From the NCBI GenBank assembly GCA_963823035.1, contig CAWGKG010000005.1, positions 32,001 to 96,000 of the forward strand: a DNA stretch of 64,000 bases, given 5' to 3'. The DNA comes from an uncultured Gemmatimonadales bacterium. Lineage in GTDB: Bacteria > Gemmatimonadota > Gemmatimonadetes > Longimicrobiales > Gaopeijiaceae. Every line of letters starts with the position of its first letter. Position 1 is the stretch's first letter. Positions 40,401 to 53,568 of this stretch are shown piece after piece. The notes beneath the pieces are model-generated. The model had not been told where the DNA came from and made no database searches. It worked only from the letters and a program-made list of their open reading frames with translations. Made by a program: the position numbers and the translations under genes.

Positions 40401-41549
40401 TCACGCCCTCTCGAAGATGTGGACGACGGAGCTGGCGCCGGATCCGCCCATGTTCTGCGCGAGCCCGAGGTGGGCGCCCTCGACCTGGCGCGCGCCGGCC
40501 TCACCCCGGAGCTGCTCGAAGATCTCGATGGCCTGCGCCACCCCCGTGGCGCCGACGGGGTGTCCCTTCGACTTGAGTCCGCCGCTCGTGTTGACCGGGA
40601 TGCGGCCACCCAGCGCGGTCATGCCCGAGCGCGCGGCCTCGGCGCCCTCACCGGCACAGGCGAAGCCCAACGCCTCGATGCAGCAGATCTCCGAGATCGC
40701 GAAGCAGTCGTGCACCTCGGCCACCTGGATGTCCTTCGCGCTCACTCCGGCCATGCGGTAGGCCCGCTCGCCCGCCTTGGCCACGGCGTCGAGCGCGGTC
40801 AGGTCGGGTCGGTCGGCCAGCGCCATCGACGACGTGGCCTGCCCGATCCCGACGATCTTCACGGGTCGGTCCGTGTAGCGGTGCGCGTCCTCCAGCGGGC
40901 ACAGGAGGACGGCCGCCGCCCCGTCGCTCACCGGGGAGCAGTGCAGGAGGCGGAGGGGATCGGAGACCAGCGTGGAACGCATCACCTCTTCGACGCTCAC
41001 CTCCCTGCGGAACTGGGCCTTCGGATTGCGCGCACCGTGCGCGTGGTTCTTCACGGACACCCAGGAGAGGTCCTCCTCGGTGGTGCCGTAGCGCTCCATG
41101 TGCGCCCGGGCGATCATCGCGTACAGCCCGGGGAAGGTGACGCCGTGGTAGACCTCGCCCTCCTGGTCGGCGGCGGTGGCCAGCACGTCGGTGACGTCCG
41201 CGCCGTCCGTCATCTTCTCCACGCCGGCCGCCATCACCAGGTCGCTCATCCCGGACGCCACGGCCATGAAGCCCAGGCGGAGGGCGGCGCCGCCGGACGC
41301 ACACGCCGACTCGACGCGCGTCGCGGGGATCCCCGCCATCCCGAGGTGGTCGGCCATCAGCGGCGCCAGGTGCTCCTGACCGACGAACTGCCCGCCGGAC
41401 ATGTTGCCCACGTAGAGATCGTCCAGGTGGTCGGCGCCGGCGGCCTCCAGCGCACCGACGGCTGCCTCCACGAAGAGATCCCTGAGACTCGACTCCCACA
41501 GCTCGCCGAAGTGGGTCATGCCCCCGGCGACGATCGCTACCTCTCGCAT
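40401..41549 (-). CDS. Archaeal-type acetoacetyl-CoA thiolase
   Basis: VESACASG catalytic Cys, [20 protein letters not shown]. Confidence 0.9.
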   Translation of the reverse strand: MREVAIVAGGMTHFGELWESSLRDLFVEAAVGALEAAGADHLDDLYVGNMSGGQFVGQEHLAPLMADHLGMAGIPATRVESACASGGAALRLGFMAVASGMSDLVMAAGVEKMTDGADVTDVLATAADQEGEVYHGVTFPGLYAMIARAHMERYGTTEEDLSWVSVKNHAHGARNPKAQFRREVSVEEVMRSTLVSDPLRLLHCSPVSDGAAAVLLCPLEDAHRYTDRPVKIVGIGQATSSMALADRPDLTALDAVAKAGERAYRMAGVSAKDIQVAEVHDCFAISEICCIEALGFACAGEGAEAARSGMTALGGRIPVNTSGGLKSKGHPVGATGVAQAIEIFEQLRGEAGARQVEGAHLGLAQNMGGSGASSVVHIFERA

Positions 41550-41558
41550 GGTCCCACC

Positions 41559-42605
41559 TCAGCTGTTGACGATGATCTTCTCGCGGTACTTCGCATACTG
41601 GCCGTACGTGAGGTAGCGCCGGGGCCCCTCGAGCATCCCCCACACGGTGGGCGCGAGGCCCTGCCGCTCGGGGAGGAGGTCGGTGGCGCGCAGCACGAAG
41701 GAGTCGCTGCCCGCGCCCGACCCGAACGAGGTGATGAGGATCAGGTCACCGGGGTCGGCCACGTCGAGGACCGCGGCCAGCCCGGTGGGGGAGGAGCCGG
41801 AGTAGGTGTTGCCCATGAGGGGCACGACCCATCCGACCTCCATCTGCTCCTTCGTGAAGCCGAGCTGCTTCCCGGCCGACTGCGGGAACTTCCCGTTGGG
41901 CATGTGGAAGACCGCGTAGCGGAAGTCGGACGGCTTCATCCCCGTCTTCTCGAGGATGGCCCGCGTCGACATCATGACGTGCTTGAAGTAGGCGGGCTCG
42001 CCGGTGAAGCGCCCGCTGTGGCGCGGATAGAACTCTCCCTCACGCCGCCAGAAGTCCGGAGTGTCCGTGGTGCAGCTGTACGTCTCCAGGACGTCGACGA
42101 GCGGGTCCGTCGACCCGAAGATGTAGGCGGCTCCGCCCGCCGACGCCGAGTACTCCAGGGCATCGTTGGGCGCCCCCTGCGAGGTGTCGGCACCGATGCC
42201 GAGCGCGTACTCGACCCGGCCCGACTCGACCAGACCAAGCGCGACGAACATCGCCTCGGTGCCGGCCTTGCAGGCGAACTCGAAGTCCGCCACGTGCACG
42301 TCGGAGCCGATGCCCAGCGCCTCCGCGACGATCGTACCGGTGGGCTTCACGGCGTAGGGATGGGACTCCGAGCCGACGTAGACGGCGCCGATGCGCGTCG
42401 GGTCGATCCCGGCCCGGTCGAGCGCCGCACGCCCCGCGGCGACGGAGATCGTGATCGTGTCCTCGTCGATGCCGGGGACCGACTTCTCCTTCAGCAGGAG
42501 CCCCCGGGCGATGGTGCCCGGATCCTTCCCCCACTGACGCGCGATCTCCTCGGTGGTGATGCGGTTGCGCGGTACGTACGCTCCGTAGCCTACGATGCCT
42601 GCCAT
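41559..42605 (-). CDS. Hydroxymethylglutaryl-CoA synthase, archaeal type
   Basis: [63 protein letters not shown]. Confidence 0.9.
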   Translation of the reverse strand: MAGIVGYGAYVPRNRITTEEIARQWGKDPGTIARGLLLKEKSVPGIDEDTITISVAAGRAALDRAGIDPTRIGAVYVGSESHPYAVKPTGTIVAEALGIGSDVHVADFEFACKAGTEAMFVALGLVESGRVEYALGIGADTSQGAPNDALEYSASAGGAAYIFGSTDPLVDVLETYSCTTDTPDFWRREGEFYPRHSGRFTGEPAYFKHVMMSTRAILEKTGMKPSDFRYAVFHMPNGKFPQSAGKQLGFTKEQMEVGWVVPLMGNTYSGSSPTGLAAVLDVADPGDLILITSFGSGAGSDSFVLRATDLLPERQGLAPTVWGMLEGPRRYLTYGQYAKYREKIIVNS

Positions 42606-42750
42606 AGCCGTGGTTCCTCCTCTCCGGCGACGGGCAGGCGTCCGGACGGGGTTGCTGCGGGATGGGATGATCCGTCCTCAACCTGGGCGCCGGAGCGCCA
42701 CAAGGCAGTCGGGATTGTCCAGTATGCGGGTGTGGTGAGATTCCCGGCAC

Positions 42751-42792
42751 GGGGGCGGGCGGCGCGAGCCTCGCGGCGCGCCGCCCACCCCC
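42751..42792 (-). terminator. GC-rich hairpin just downstream of the M14 peptidase stop
   Basis: 16-bp stem (one G-U pair on the minus strand), 10-nt loop; no U-tract. Confidence 0.35.
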
Positions 42793-42799
42793 ACCGACG

Positions 42800-45590
42800 T
42801 CAGAAGGTCACGGGCTCCGCGGCGCCGTAGAGCACGCCGTTGAACAGCAGCTTGAACGTGGCGTGGGGCTGCCCGCGGAACGTCACCGCGGGCCCCAGGA
42901 GCGCAACGTGCCCGGCGCCTACGCGCGCCGACACGACGGCGGTGCCGCCGTCCAGGTGCGCCTGGCCCCACGCCCATCCGGAGCGCAACACTTCGGCCCC
43001 GGCGAACCAGGCCACCGGGGCGACGCCCTGGAGGGAGGCCGCCGGTTCGAGGTCGAACACCGGGTTGTTGTCGTAGACCACGTCCACCTCCGCCGGCAGG
43101 CCGTACGCCAGCGGGTTCGTGGGATCGGTGTGAACGCGCAGGAGGGAGCCGGGGATGTAGAACTCGTCCTCCGGCAGCGGTTCGCGCGTGCCGTCGTCCG
43201 CGATGCGCGTGAGGTGGTCACGCACGGGCACGCCCAGGACGTGGCCCATCGTGGTGGAGGTGCCCACGGCCACCACGGTGCCTCCAGCCTCGAGGAACGC
43301 CTTCACCTGGGGGATCGTCCGCTCCCGCGTGAGGTGGCCGAGCCATCCGCGGTACTCCGCCGGGATGTCCGCCGCGGCCGGCTGGTCGCCCGCGTCGTAG
43401 CGGCGTTCGACGTCCGTGAAAGCGCCGTCCGGGAAGACGAGGACGTCGAAGCGGCTCTTCAGGTCGCCTCGATCCAGATCCTGCGGGTAGACGCGCTCGT
43501 ACCCGAAGCCGTACTGCTCGAAGAGCCACCGGTCCCACCCCGTGGTCATGAGCCCGCCGTACTGGTCGTAGAGCCCGATGCGCACGGGTCGGAGCTTCCA
43601 GGCGTCGCCCTTGGGCGCCTCGCCCACCGCTTGGACGGGCACGCCGAGGTCGCGGGCGCCCTCCTCCAGGATCCGGCGCGCGTCGCCCGAGGCGGGCACC
43701 CAGATCGTCCCGGCCGCGAACGTCCGTCCGTCGACGACCCGGGCGTCCTTCAACCAGTACACGTCCGCCCCGGCCTTCAGGAGGCGGTTCGTGACCGTGA
43801 AGCGCGTCGTTGAGCGCGTGGCTCACCAGGTAGCCGGCCGGGTTGGAAGCGCCGGAGATCCTCGCGGACGGTGCGGGCTCGAGCGCGTCGAGGACGGGGA
43901 AGGGCGCGTCGAACCCCTCCTGCGCCGACGCGTAGTGGACGCCCATCTGCCAGGCCAGCGTCCACCCGGTCATGTCGTAGGGCGGGATCGGCGGGCCGCC
44001 CGGATACGCGAAGTCGTTCGGGTGGTGTTGCGGCTCGAACATGTCGAGCACGTGCGGCCCGAACGCCTGGTCCGTCTTCACGACGTACGAGCCCGCCGGA
44101 TAGCGGTCGGCGCCGATGCGCACCTCGGAGGTGGCCTTGCGCACCTCGATGCCCGTCTTGATGAGCGCGTTCACGAACTTGACCGCGGTCGGGAAGTCGG
44201 GCTGGTCGGGCGGGATGACGTAGCCGCGCGCGTCACGGTGCGCCGGATCGTGGAGCACCTTCTCGTACAGCTCGGTGGGCGCGGCGAAGCCGCTGCGCAC
44301 GCCCATCCCGTGCGGCAGGTCCGCCGCCGCCTTCTCCACCGCGGCGATCCGGTCCGGCGTGGGCGTCCAGGAGTCGCGCCGCCCCCGCTCGATCTGCCGG
44401 CTCCCCTTGCGCCACATGTCGAAGAGCAGCCGCTCGCGGTTCTTCGACGCGTAGTCGAGCACGGCGCGGTTGAGCTGCATCTCGTAGTCGATCGACTGCC
44501 GGTAGTGCCACGTCTGCGGCGGCACGGGCGCGGGCAGGTCGCTGTGCGGCAGCTGCATCGCCGTCACGAAGGGGAGCTGGACCGGCGTGGGGTTGCCGAT
44601 GATCTCGGTGAGCAGCCCGACCATGTTGTGGAAGTACACGATCGTGCGCAGCCCGCCGTTCCACCACGTGGAGTAGTTCGAGAAGCTGCGCTGGCCGGAG
44701 CCCGGCATCCCGCGCTCGACCAGACGCGCGTTCATGGCCGCGCCCACCTCCTCGATCTGGAGGGGGACGAGCGGGTCGAAGTGGTAGTTGAAGGGGTCGC
44801 GGAAGGGCGGCACGAAGACCACGCCGCCGGTCTGCCCGAAGCCCGGCTGGTGGTGGTTGTAGACGATCTGTGGAAACCACTCCCGGAACATGATCCGGTT
44901 CATGTTCGTGGTCTCCGGCATGTTCGACATGAAGAAGTCGCGGTTGTTGTCGTGACCCACGTACTCGTTGTAGACGCGGGGCAGGTCGTACAGCGAGCGC
45001 GCCTTCTCGTCCGGCTTGCGCATGTACCAGTCCGCGACGATCTCCTGGCCGTCGGGGTTGGCCTGCACGGCGAGCAGGACCACGTCGTCGAGGAAGCGCA
45101 GGGTCTCCTCGTCCGTGCCAGACACCATCTGCCACACCAGCTCCATGAGCTGCTGCGAGCCCACCGTCTCCGACGCGTGCAGGCCACCGTCGATCCAGAT
45201 GATCGCCTTGCCGTCCTTCGCGAGGGCGCGCGCCTCCTCCTCGCTCAGCCCCTCGGCGCGCGTAAGGCGGGCCGAGACCTCCCGGTAGTGGTCGAGGCGC
45301 GCCTGGTTCTCGGGCGAGGTCACGATCGCCATGTACTGGCGACGGCCCTGGGCGGTGGGCCCGATGTCCGCGAGCTGCATGCGCGGGGACTCGTCGGCCA
45401 GCTTCTTCCACCATGCCTCGAGCTGCGCGTAGGTGGCCATGTGGTAGTCGGCGCCGAGCTCGAAGCCGAGCGCCTCGCTCGGCGTGGTGAGGCGCGCCTG
45501 CTGCGCCGCGACCGGTCCACCCGCCAGGCCGATCAGGAGAAGAACGAGGGGAAGGGAACGTCGGGATCGGACGATCGGGCGAGCGCACAT
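42800..45590 (-). CDS. Secreted M14-family zinc carboxypeptidase-like protein with C-terminal glutamine-amidotransferase-like domain; apparent frameshift ~43803
   Basis: Signal peptide; DGGLHASE, NPDG, GHDNNRD, YNHHQ; C-terminus in ORF 42800..43762. Confidence 0.82.
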
Positions 45591-45727
45591 GGGAAGGGGC
45601 CTCTTCCTCTCGGGAAGCGGCGAGCCGGCGGCGGACAGTCGGACGGCCTGCCAGTTGGACACGATCCCGTCGAGATAGGGAGGGCGCCCTCCCGCCGCAA
45701 GCGAAGGCGGGCCGGCCCCGGGGCGGG

Positions 45728-46390
45728 CTACTCGGCCGAAGCCTCCGCCTTGGTGAGGCCCGGCCTCGAGGTACCACGCTGGGCCGGCGACCCCTTGTCC
45801 GCCTTGGGTGCGCGCCGCGACGCCCGGCGTACCCACCCCGGGATGCGCGCGCTCATCAGGACGACGTAGATCGCGGCCAGCAGAAGGGGAAGGCGCACGT
45901 CCGACTTCACGAGCCAGTAGTAGTGGATCACGCCGAGCACCGCGGACACGTAGACCAGCATGTGCAGGCGCGTCCAGCGCTTCCCGAGCCTGCGGATCCA
46001 CCCCTTCGTGGACGTGAGCGCGAGGGGCATCAGGAGAAGGAAGGCGGTGAAGCCCACCGTGATGTAGGGCCGCTTCTTGATGTCGTCCCACACCCAGTCG
46101 AGGCGGAATCCCAGGTCCAGCACCATCCAGATGGAGAAGTGCAGGAGGGCGTAGTAGAAGGCGAACAGCCCGAGCGGCCGCCGGAGCTGGATGATCGGGT
46201 TCCACCCGGTGAGCCGGCGCACCGGGGTCACGGCCAGCGTGGCCAGGAGGAGGATCAGCGTGGTCATCCCGGTGACGTGCGTGAGCTTCTCGATCGGGTT
46301 CACCCCCAGCCACCCCAGGAAGAAGCCCGCGATCATCCACGCGGTCGGCGCGAGCGCGCCGAGCCACAGGAGGGTCTTCAGCCCGAGCAC
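45728..46390 (-). CDS. msrQ: Methionine sulfoxide reductase heme-binding subunit
   Basis: NPIEKLTHVTG, RRPLGLFAFYYALLH, KRPYITVG, WTRLHMLVY; true start may lie slightly upstream. Confidence 0.9.
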   Translation of the reverse strand: MLGLKTLLWLGALAPTAWMIAGFFLGWLGVNPIEKLTHVTGMTTLILLLATLAVTPVRRLTGWNPIIQLRRPLGLFAFYYALLHFSIWMVLDLGFRLDWVWDDIKKRPYITVGFTAFLLLMPLALTSTKGWIRRLGKRWTRLHMLVYVSAVLGVIHYYWLVKSDVRLPLLLAAIYVVLMSARIPGWVRRASRRAPKADKGSPAQRGTSRPGLTKAEASAE

Positions 46391-46445
46391 GGCCGGTTCG
46401 TCTTGGTCGCCATCGTCGTCGTCAGGAATGTGCCATGGAGGCGGC

Positions 46446-47406
46446 TCAGATCCACTTGGTGAGGTCCATCCCCGCGTACATCTGCTGGACCTCCTCCGCG
46501 TAGCCGTTGAACATGAGCGTCTCCCTCCGCCGGAACTCGCCGATGCGGCGCTCGCGCGCCTGGCTCCACCGGGGGTGGTCGACCTTCGGGTTCACGTTCG
46601 CGTAGAAGCCGTACTCCCGCGCGTTCGTCGCCCACCACGTGTTGCGCGGCATCTCCTCGACGAAGCGGATCTTCACGATCGACTTGATCCCCTTGAAGCC
46701 GTACTTCCAGGGCGTGATCAGGCGGAGCGGCGCGCCGTTCTGGTTGGGGAGGTCCTTGCCGTAGACGCCCGTGACCAGCAGCGCGAGGGGGTTCATGGCC
46801 TCGTCGAGCCGCAGCCCCTCGATGTAGGGCCAGCGGAGCACGCCGGTCTTCTGACCCGGCATCTCCGAGGGACGCACGATGGTCGTGAACTCCACGAACT
46901 TCGCGTTCCCGGTCGGCTCCACCCGCTTGACCAGATCGGCGAGCGGGAAGCCACGCCACGGCACCACCATCGACCACGCCTCCACGCAGCGCATACGGTA
47001 GACGCGGTCCTCCACCTTGTAGGGCGCGAGGAACTCCTCGAGCTGGTAGCTGCCCGGGTTCTTCACGTGCCCTTCGATGGCGACGGTCCACGGCCGGGGC
47101 TGGAAGCGCCCGGAGTTGTCCGACGGGTCGGACTTGCCCGTGCCGAACTCGTAGAAGTTGTTGTAGGTCGTGATCTCGTCGTAGGCGTTCACCGGCTCGC
47201 CCAGCTCGGACTTCATGTCCTCGTAGCGCACCTGCTGGCCGCAGCCTGCCCGTACGGCCCAGCGCCGCCAGCCCACCGGGAGCGAGCGCGAGGCCGGCCG
47301 CGCCGGCCGCCGCGCTCATCAGGAAGCTCCGCCGGTTCACGTAGTCGTGCTCCGGGGTGATCTCCGAGGAGGGGACGGCTGACGGCTTCTTGATCCGGAT
47401 GATCAT
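46446..47406 (-). CDS. msrP: Methionine sulfoxide reductase catalytic (molybdopterin) subunit; apparent frameshift ~47240-47280
   Basis: SEITPE...NRRSFL Tat signal; [47 protein letters not shown]. Confidence 0.92.
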
Positions 47407-47650
47407 GGCGGCGCTTCCAGGGAGGTGGGCGTCCGGCTACGGGTCGCCCTACGCGTCGAGTTCGCTCGGGCCCGACAATAGGGCAAGGCTCGTGCTCAAA
47501 CCCTCCCGCGGTGGAATCGGTTCCCGGAAGTGCTTGTGCGACAACGACCGGCAGCGCCCGCGCCGGGGGGCACGCGGCGCCTTGCCGCCGTTTCACGAAA
47601 CAGCGTGCGCAACGAGCGAAACGGGCGTGTGGAACGCTGCTGCCCCCCGC

Positions 47651-49475
47651 TCAGTCCATCGCGCGCGCCGGCTCCACGCCCACGGCCTCCCGTGCGGCTC
47701 GGGCCGATGCCAGCAGCGCGCTCCCCAGGAGGAGCGCCGCCACCGCCAGGTAGGCCGTCGGGCCCAGAGCGGGAACGCCGCCCACTCCCTGCCGCAGGAG
47801 CGCCACCAGGAAGGACCCGAGGAACACCGCGATCGCCGCACCCCACAGCGCGCCGCGCGCGCTCCCGCCGAGCGTGAGCGCCAGGACGCGCCGATCGGTG
47901 GCGCCGAGCGCGCGCCGTACCGCGAGCTCGCGGGCCCGCCGACGCGTCACCTGCAAGGCGGTGGCGTGCGCGCCGTGGACCGCCAGGACGAGCGTCAGCA
48001 GCCCGAGCGCGACGGCGATGCGCGCGATCCACCCCAGGGGGGCGGCCGCGGCGCGCCGCACCTGGGCGAGCGTGCGTGCATCCGCCGGACGGTAGCCGCC
48101 TGCGTCGAGGAGCGTCCGTGCCGCCTCGACCGCCTCGGGCGTGCCGCGCAGGAGGACGTCGCCGCGTCTCGGCGCCTGCTGGAGCGCCGACACGTACAGG
48201 GCCGCGTGGTCGAGGTCGTCCCGCCCGACCACCTGGAGGTCGGCGTCCTCCACCACGCCCACCACCTCGAACCAGTCGTCGAGGCCGTCGCCGACGCGCA
48301 CCAGGTGGCCCAGGGGCTGGCCGTCCTCGAAAGCCGCGTTCGCGAACGTCCGGTTCACCACCGCGACACGCTTGCGCGCCCGTCACGTCCGCCGCCGTGA
48401 TCGCGCGACCGCTGGCCACGGGGAGTCCGACCGCCGAGAAGTAGCCGGGGCCGACGGCGTGGTGGTCCACGCGCGCCCCCACGAACGGCATGGGGATCAA
48501 CCCGCGCACGCAAGCGCCGCACTGGGCCGTCGCGTAGTCGCGCACTCCGAGTCCGAGCACGGCGCCCGGCGTGGCCAGGCTCTCGGCCTCGATCCCCGGG
48601 ACCTTGCGGATACGGGCGAGCATCGCGGCCCACGCGGCTCCGTCGGCTCCCTTCGGAGCCTCCACCGGCACCGCCACGGTGTCACCGTCCGCCCCGGACG
48701 ACGCACCCGGTCCGCCCAGCGAGATCGCGAGCGCCAGCGCCCCGAGCGCCACCGCCCCGGCGGCCCCCATCTGAACGGAGGAGAGCGCCCGGCGCCGGAA
48801 TGCCTCCCCACGATCGTCCGTCGCCCGTCCGCCCACGGCGAGGTCGCGCGCGAGCGGGAGGGACCGTCCGACCGTGAAGCCGATGCGCACGTAGACGCCG
48901 GTCGCCAGGGCCAGCACGGCGAAGAGGGCGGGGAGGAGCGTGGCCGCGGCGGACAACCCCTCCACGTCGGCCGCCATGCCCGGCCAGGTCGCGCGCAGGA
49001 CGCCCGCGAAGGCCATCCCCAGGAGGAGGCCCAGCGCGAGCGCGGAGGCCACCAGCCTGCGCACGTCCGCGAAGAGGAGGCCCAGGAGGACGCGGGGACC
49101 GGCGCCCAGCGCGGCGCGCACGGCCACCTCACGGCGCCGGGACGCGCCCGCTTCCACCAGGAGCACGAGCGCGTTCAGGAGCGCCACGGCTGCGGCGGCG
49201 AGGACGAGGCCCACGACCATCGCGGCCATGCGGTCGAGCGCTCCGCTCTGGAGCTGGTCGGGCCAGACCACGCGCGAGGTCCACGGCAGCCCCATCGCCT
49301 CGCGAGGCAAGGCCTCGAGGCGGAGAAGCGAGCGGAGTCCCGGGAGCTCCAGCGCGGCGATCGAGCGCGCGCCCACCACCAGGCCCGCGGCCGCGGCGAG
49401 GGAGACCATCGTAACGCCCGAGGCCGCCAGCCCCCGCGTCCTCGTCCCCGACCTTGCGTCGTGCCCTTCGCTCAT
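47651..49475 (-). CDS. FtsX/MacB-like ABC transporter permease; apparent frameshift ~48375
   Basis: RRREVAVRAALGA and RARELAVRRALGA, VGPGYFSAVG, several hydrophobic segments. Confidence 0.78.
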
Positions 49476-49513
49476 CCTCGCCTCCCTCCTCGCTCGTCGA
49501 ACGGTACGTCGGC

Positions 49514-50152
49514 TCAGCCCCGCTTCCAGGCCGGGAAGATGTCCCCCAGCCCGGACGTGATGAACTCCACCGCGATCGCCGCGAGGATGAGCCCCATGAA
49601 GCGGGTCGCCACGTTCATCCCCGTGCGTCCGAGGGCCTTCGCGATCGGCGCGGCCGCCAGCAGGATCACCCACGAGAGCACGGCCACGACGGCCGCCGCG
49701 CCCACCACCGCCAGGTGCCCGGACACCCCCTCGCTCCGTCCGGCCGCGATGATCATGAGCGAGATCGAGCCCGGCCCGGCCAGGAGCGGCATCCCGAGCG
49801 GAACCACGCCGAGGTTGGGACGCTCCTGCGCCTCCTGGGCCTCGAGCGCCTCCTCGGGCGTCTGCTTCGCCGCGTGGAGCTTCGCCTGGAGCATGCTCCA
49901 GGCCATCCCCAGGATCAGCAGCCCGCCGGCGACGCGCAACGACGCCACGCTGATGCCGAAGAAGCGCAGGAGGCTCTCGCCCGCCACGTACGAGACGGTC
50001 AGGATCACGAAGACGGCGACCGCGGCCTGGCGGGTGACGCGCTTCCGGTCGGCCGGCGCGATGTCCGCGGTGAGGCTCACGTACGCGGGGATCGCCGAGA
50101 ACGGGTTGACGATCGAGAAGAGCGAGATGAAGAACAGGAGGAAATCGCGCAC
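49514..50152 (-). CDS. MarC-family membrane protein
   Basis: SLFSIVNPF, VPLGMPLLAGPGSI, TRFMGLILAAIAVEF. Confidence 0.9.
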   Translation of the reverse strand: MRDFLLFFISLFSIVNPFSAIPAYVSLTADIAPADRKRVTRQAAVAVFVILTVSYVAGESLLRFFGISVASLRVAGGLLILGMAWSMLQAKLHAAKQTPEEALEAQEAQERPNLGVVPLGMPLLAGPGSISLMIIAAGRSEGVSGHLAVVGAAAVVAVLSWVILLAAAPIAKALGRTGMNVATRFMGLILAAIAVEFITSGLGDIFPAWKRG

Positions 50153-50316
50153 GCGCGGCTGGGCCCGTGTCGAGGTGTCGGCGGAAGGTCGAGGGTGGAA
50201 GCCTAGCGAGCACGGGCCTGTGCATCAATCACGGCGCCCTGGCGTGTCTTTCACGGCCCGGGCGCCCTTTCTACCTTCCGTGCTCCGCTCCGTGCTGCGC
50301 CCTCCAGGAGTCCCCG

Positions 50317-53300
50317 ATGCGCGCCCGCTCCGCCTGCCGCTCCCTCCTCCTCGCGCTCGTCGCCGTCCCGACGGCCGGCCTCCTCGCACCGCCCCTCGCG
50401 GCCCAGACGCTGGCCACGCTTCCGGACGGCTTCTTCTCGGGCGCGGACTACCGCCACATCGGCCCGGTCGGCAACCGCGTGAGCGCGGTGATCGGCGAGC
50501 CGGGGAACGCCAACGTCTACTACATCGGCGGCGCCTCGGGCGGGGTGTTCAAGAGCGAGGACGGCGGCGTGTCCTGGCGCCCGATCTTCGACGACCAGGA
50601 TGCCATGTCGATCGGCGCGCTCGCGCTCGCGCCCTCCGACCCCAACGTCCTCTGGGCCGGAACCGGGGAGCCGTTCATCCGCTCGAACGTCTCGATCGGC
50701 GACGGGGTCTACCGCTCGACGGACGGCGGCGAGACGTGGCGACACATGGGGCTCGAGAAGATCGGGAGGGTCGGGCGCATCGTCATCGACCCGCGTGACC
50801 CGGACGTGGTGTTCGTGGCGGCGCTCGGCCACCTGTACGGACCCCAGCAGGAGCGCGGCGTCTACCGGACGAGGGACGGCGGGGAGACGTGGGAGCGCGT
50901 CCTCTTCGTCGACGAGAACACCGGCGCCGTCGACCTCGCCATGAACGCCGCCAATCCGCGCATCCTCTTCGCGGCCACGTGGCAGATGCGCATCTGGACG
51001 TGGGGGCGCGAGAGCGGTGGCCCGGGCAGCGGCCTCTGGAAGTCCACGGACGGCGGCGACACCTGGGTGCGCCTGGAGGGGCACGGCCTCCCGCGCGGCA
51101 CGATGGGGAAGATCGGCCTGGCCGTGAGCCCCGCCGACCCGGACCGCGTGTACGCGCTCATCGAGACCAACTCGAACCGCGAGTACGAGCCGCTCGAGGA
51201 CCACGAGGGGGTGCTCTGGCGCTCGGACGACGGCGGCGCGACGTGGGACATGATCAACGCCGACCACACGCTCGCGCAGCGTCCGCTCTACTACTCGCGC
51301 ATGGCCGTGGAGCCGGACGACGCGGACGAGGTGCACTTCATGTCGACGCGTCACTCGAAGAGCCTGGACGGCGGCGTGACGATCGAGGGGGGCGGGGCGG
51401 GGGGCGACAACCACGACATGTGGATCGACCCGAAGCTCCCCGACCGGATGATCGTCGGCCACGACGGCGGCATCAGCATCTCGACGACGCGCGGGACGGT
51501 CCTGGTTCCGGCCCCAGCTCCCCGTCGCCCAGATGTACCACGCGTTCACGGACAACGCGGTGCCGTACAACGTGTACGGCAACCGGCAGGACGGCTCCTC
51601 CTTCGGCGGCCCGTCCAACACGCTGTCCTACGGGGAGATCCCGATCGGGGCCTGGAAGACCGTGGGCGGGTGCGAGTCCGGCTTCGCCGTGCCCGACACC
51701 GTGTCCAACGACGTGGTCTGGTCGGGGTGCTACGAGGGCATCCTCGACCGGAGCGAGCTGTCCACGGGCATCACGCGCACCGTGAGCGTCTGGCCGGACA
51801 ACCCCGAAGGGTGGCCCGCGGCGGACCTGCGCTACCGGTTCCAGTGGACGTTCCCGATCGCGATCTCGCCGCACGACGCCAACACCGTCTACGTGGGCAG
51901 CCAGCACGTGCACCGCACGAGGAACGGCGGCCAGAGCTGGGAGGTCATCAGCCCGGACCTCACCACCAACGACAAGTCCCGCCAGCAGGCGAGCGGCGGC
52001 CTCACCACGGACGACGTGAGCCCCACCTACTACGCCGTGCTCTTCGCGATCGCGGAGTCGCCCGTCCAGGCGGGCGTCATCTGGGCGGGCTCGAACGACG
52101 GCCGCGTGCACGTGACCCGCGACGACGGGGCCGACTGGACGGACGTCACGGGCAACATCCCCGACCTCCCGGCCTTCGGCACCGTGAGCAACATCGAGCC
52201 GTCACGCTTCCGGGCCGGCGCCGCCTACCTGACCGTCGACTTCCACCAGCTCGGGAACACCGATCCGTACGTCTACAAGACCGAGGACTACGGGAAGTCG
52301 TGGCGCTCCCTCGCGGCCGGCATCCCGAAGAGCGTGTTCAGCTACGCGCACGTCGTGCGCGAGGACCCGGTACGCCCGGGGCTGCTCTACCTGGGCACGG
52401 AGAACGCCGTCTACGCGTCGTGGGACGACGGCCGGACGTGGCATTCCCTCCAGGGCGACCTCCCCCACGCGCCGGCGTACTGGCTCACCGTCCAGCCGCA
52501 CTTCCACGACCTGGTCGTGAGCACCTACGGGCGAGGGTTCTGGATCCTCGACGACGTCACGCCGCTCGAGCAGCTCACGGATTCGGTGCTGGCCGCGCCC
52601 GCTCCACCTCTTCCAGCCGCGCGACGCCTACCGCTTCGTGATGCGCGAGGGTCGGGCCAGCCAGCCGGGCGACCCGGCCGCGGGGGAGAACCCGGACTAC
52701 GGCGCGACGCTGAACTTCCACCTGAAGGACGCGCCCGCCGGATCGGTGAGCGTCGTCATCGAGGACGAGGGCGGCACGGCCGTGCGCACGCTCCCCGTGC
52801 GGAACGCGCACGCCGGGCTGAACCGGGTGGTCTGGGACCTGACGTACACGGCCTCCGCCCGCCCGCGGCTGCGGACGGCCGCCCTGGAGCACAGCCACGT
52901 CACGGTCGGTGACGACGGCGTGGCGGCCCCAGGTGGACGGCGGGTCCGTGCGCCCACTCGCCGTGCCGGGGCGCTACCGCGTCCGCCTGAGGGCGGGCAC
53001 GGAGGAGCGGACCACCTGGCTGACCGTGCTGCAGGATCCCGCGTCGAAGGCCACGGCGGCCGACATGCGGGCGAAGCTCGACATGCAGCTCGAGCTGCGC
53101 GAGATGACGGACTCGACGGCGGCGCTCGTCGACCGCATCGAGTGGACGCGCAAGGGACTCGACGGCGTCTCCGCACGCCTCGCCGGGGAGGCGGGATGGT
53201 CCGACGTCGTGCAGGCCGGCGAGGCGCTCCAGCAGGCGCTGGTCGACCTGGAGATGCACCTCTACGACCTGCGCCTCTCGGGCGGCACGGCCGGGCAGGA

Positions 53301-53529
53301 CACGGTGCGCTGGCCGCGTGAGCTCTTCGCGAAGCTCACCAGCCTCGCCGGCTACATCTCGGGCTCCGACGACCGACCCACCGACCAGGCCGCAGAGGTC
53401 TTCGAGCTCTACCGGACGCAGCTCGCCGAGCGGCTGGCCCGCTGGCGTGAGATCGCGGCGGGCGACCTGGCGCGCTTCAACCGGACGCTCGCGGAGCGCG
53501 GACTCCCGCCCGTCATCTCCCAGCCCTGA
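50317..53529 (+). CDS. Secreted BNR/Asp-box (VPS10/GH74-like) beta-propeller protein; apparent frameshifts ~51500, ~52600, ~52920
   Basis: Signal peptide; repeated SxDGGxTW boxes; stitched from ORFs 50167, 51533, 52638 and 52909. Confidence 0.8.
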
Positions 53530-53568
53530 GGGCGGGTCCTCGAACGTCGTGGTAGACGTGCCCGCGAC

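Noticed and set aside
43218..50228. Long minus-strand ORFs 43218..46367 and 47496..50228 with extended N-termini
   Set aside because: Their upstream parts overlap msrQ and the MarC gene out of frame; the real starts are at 45590 and 49475
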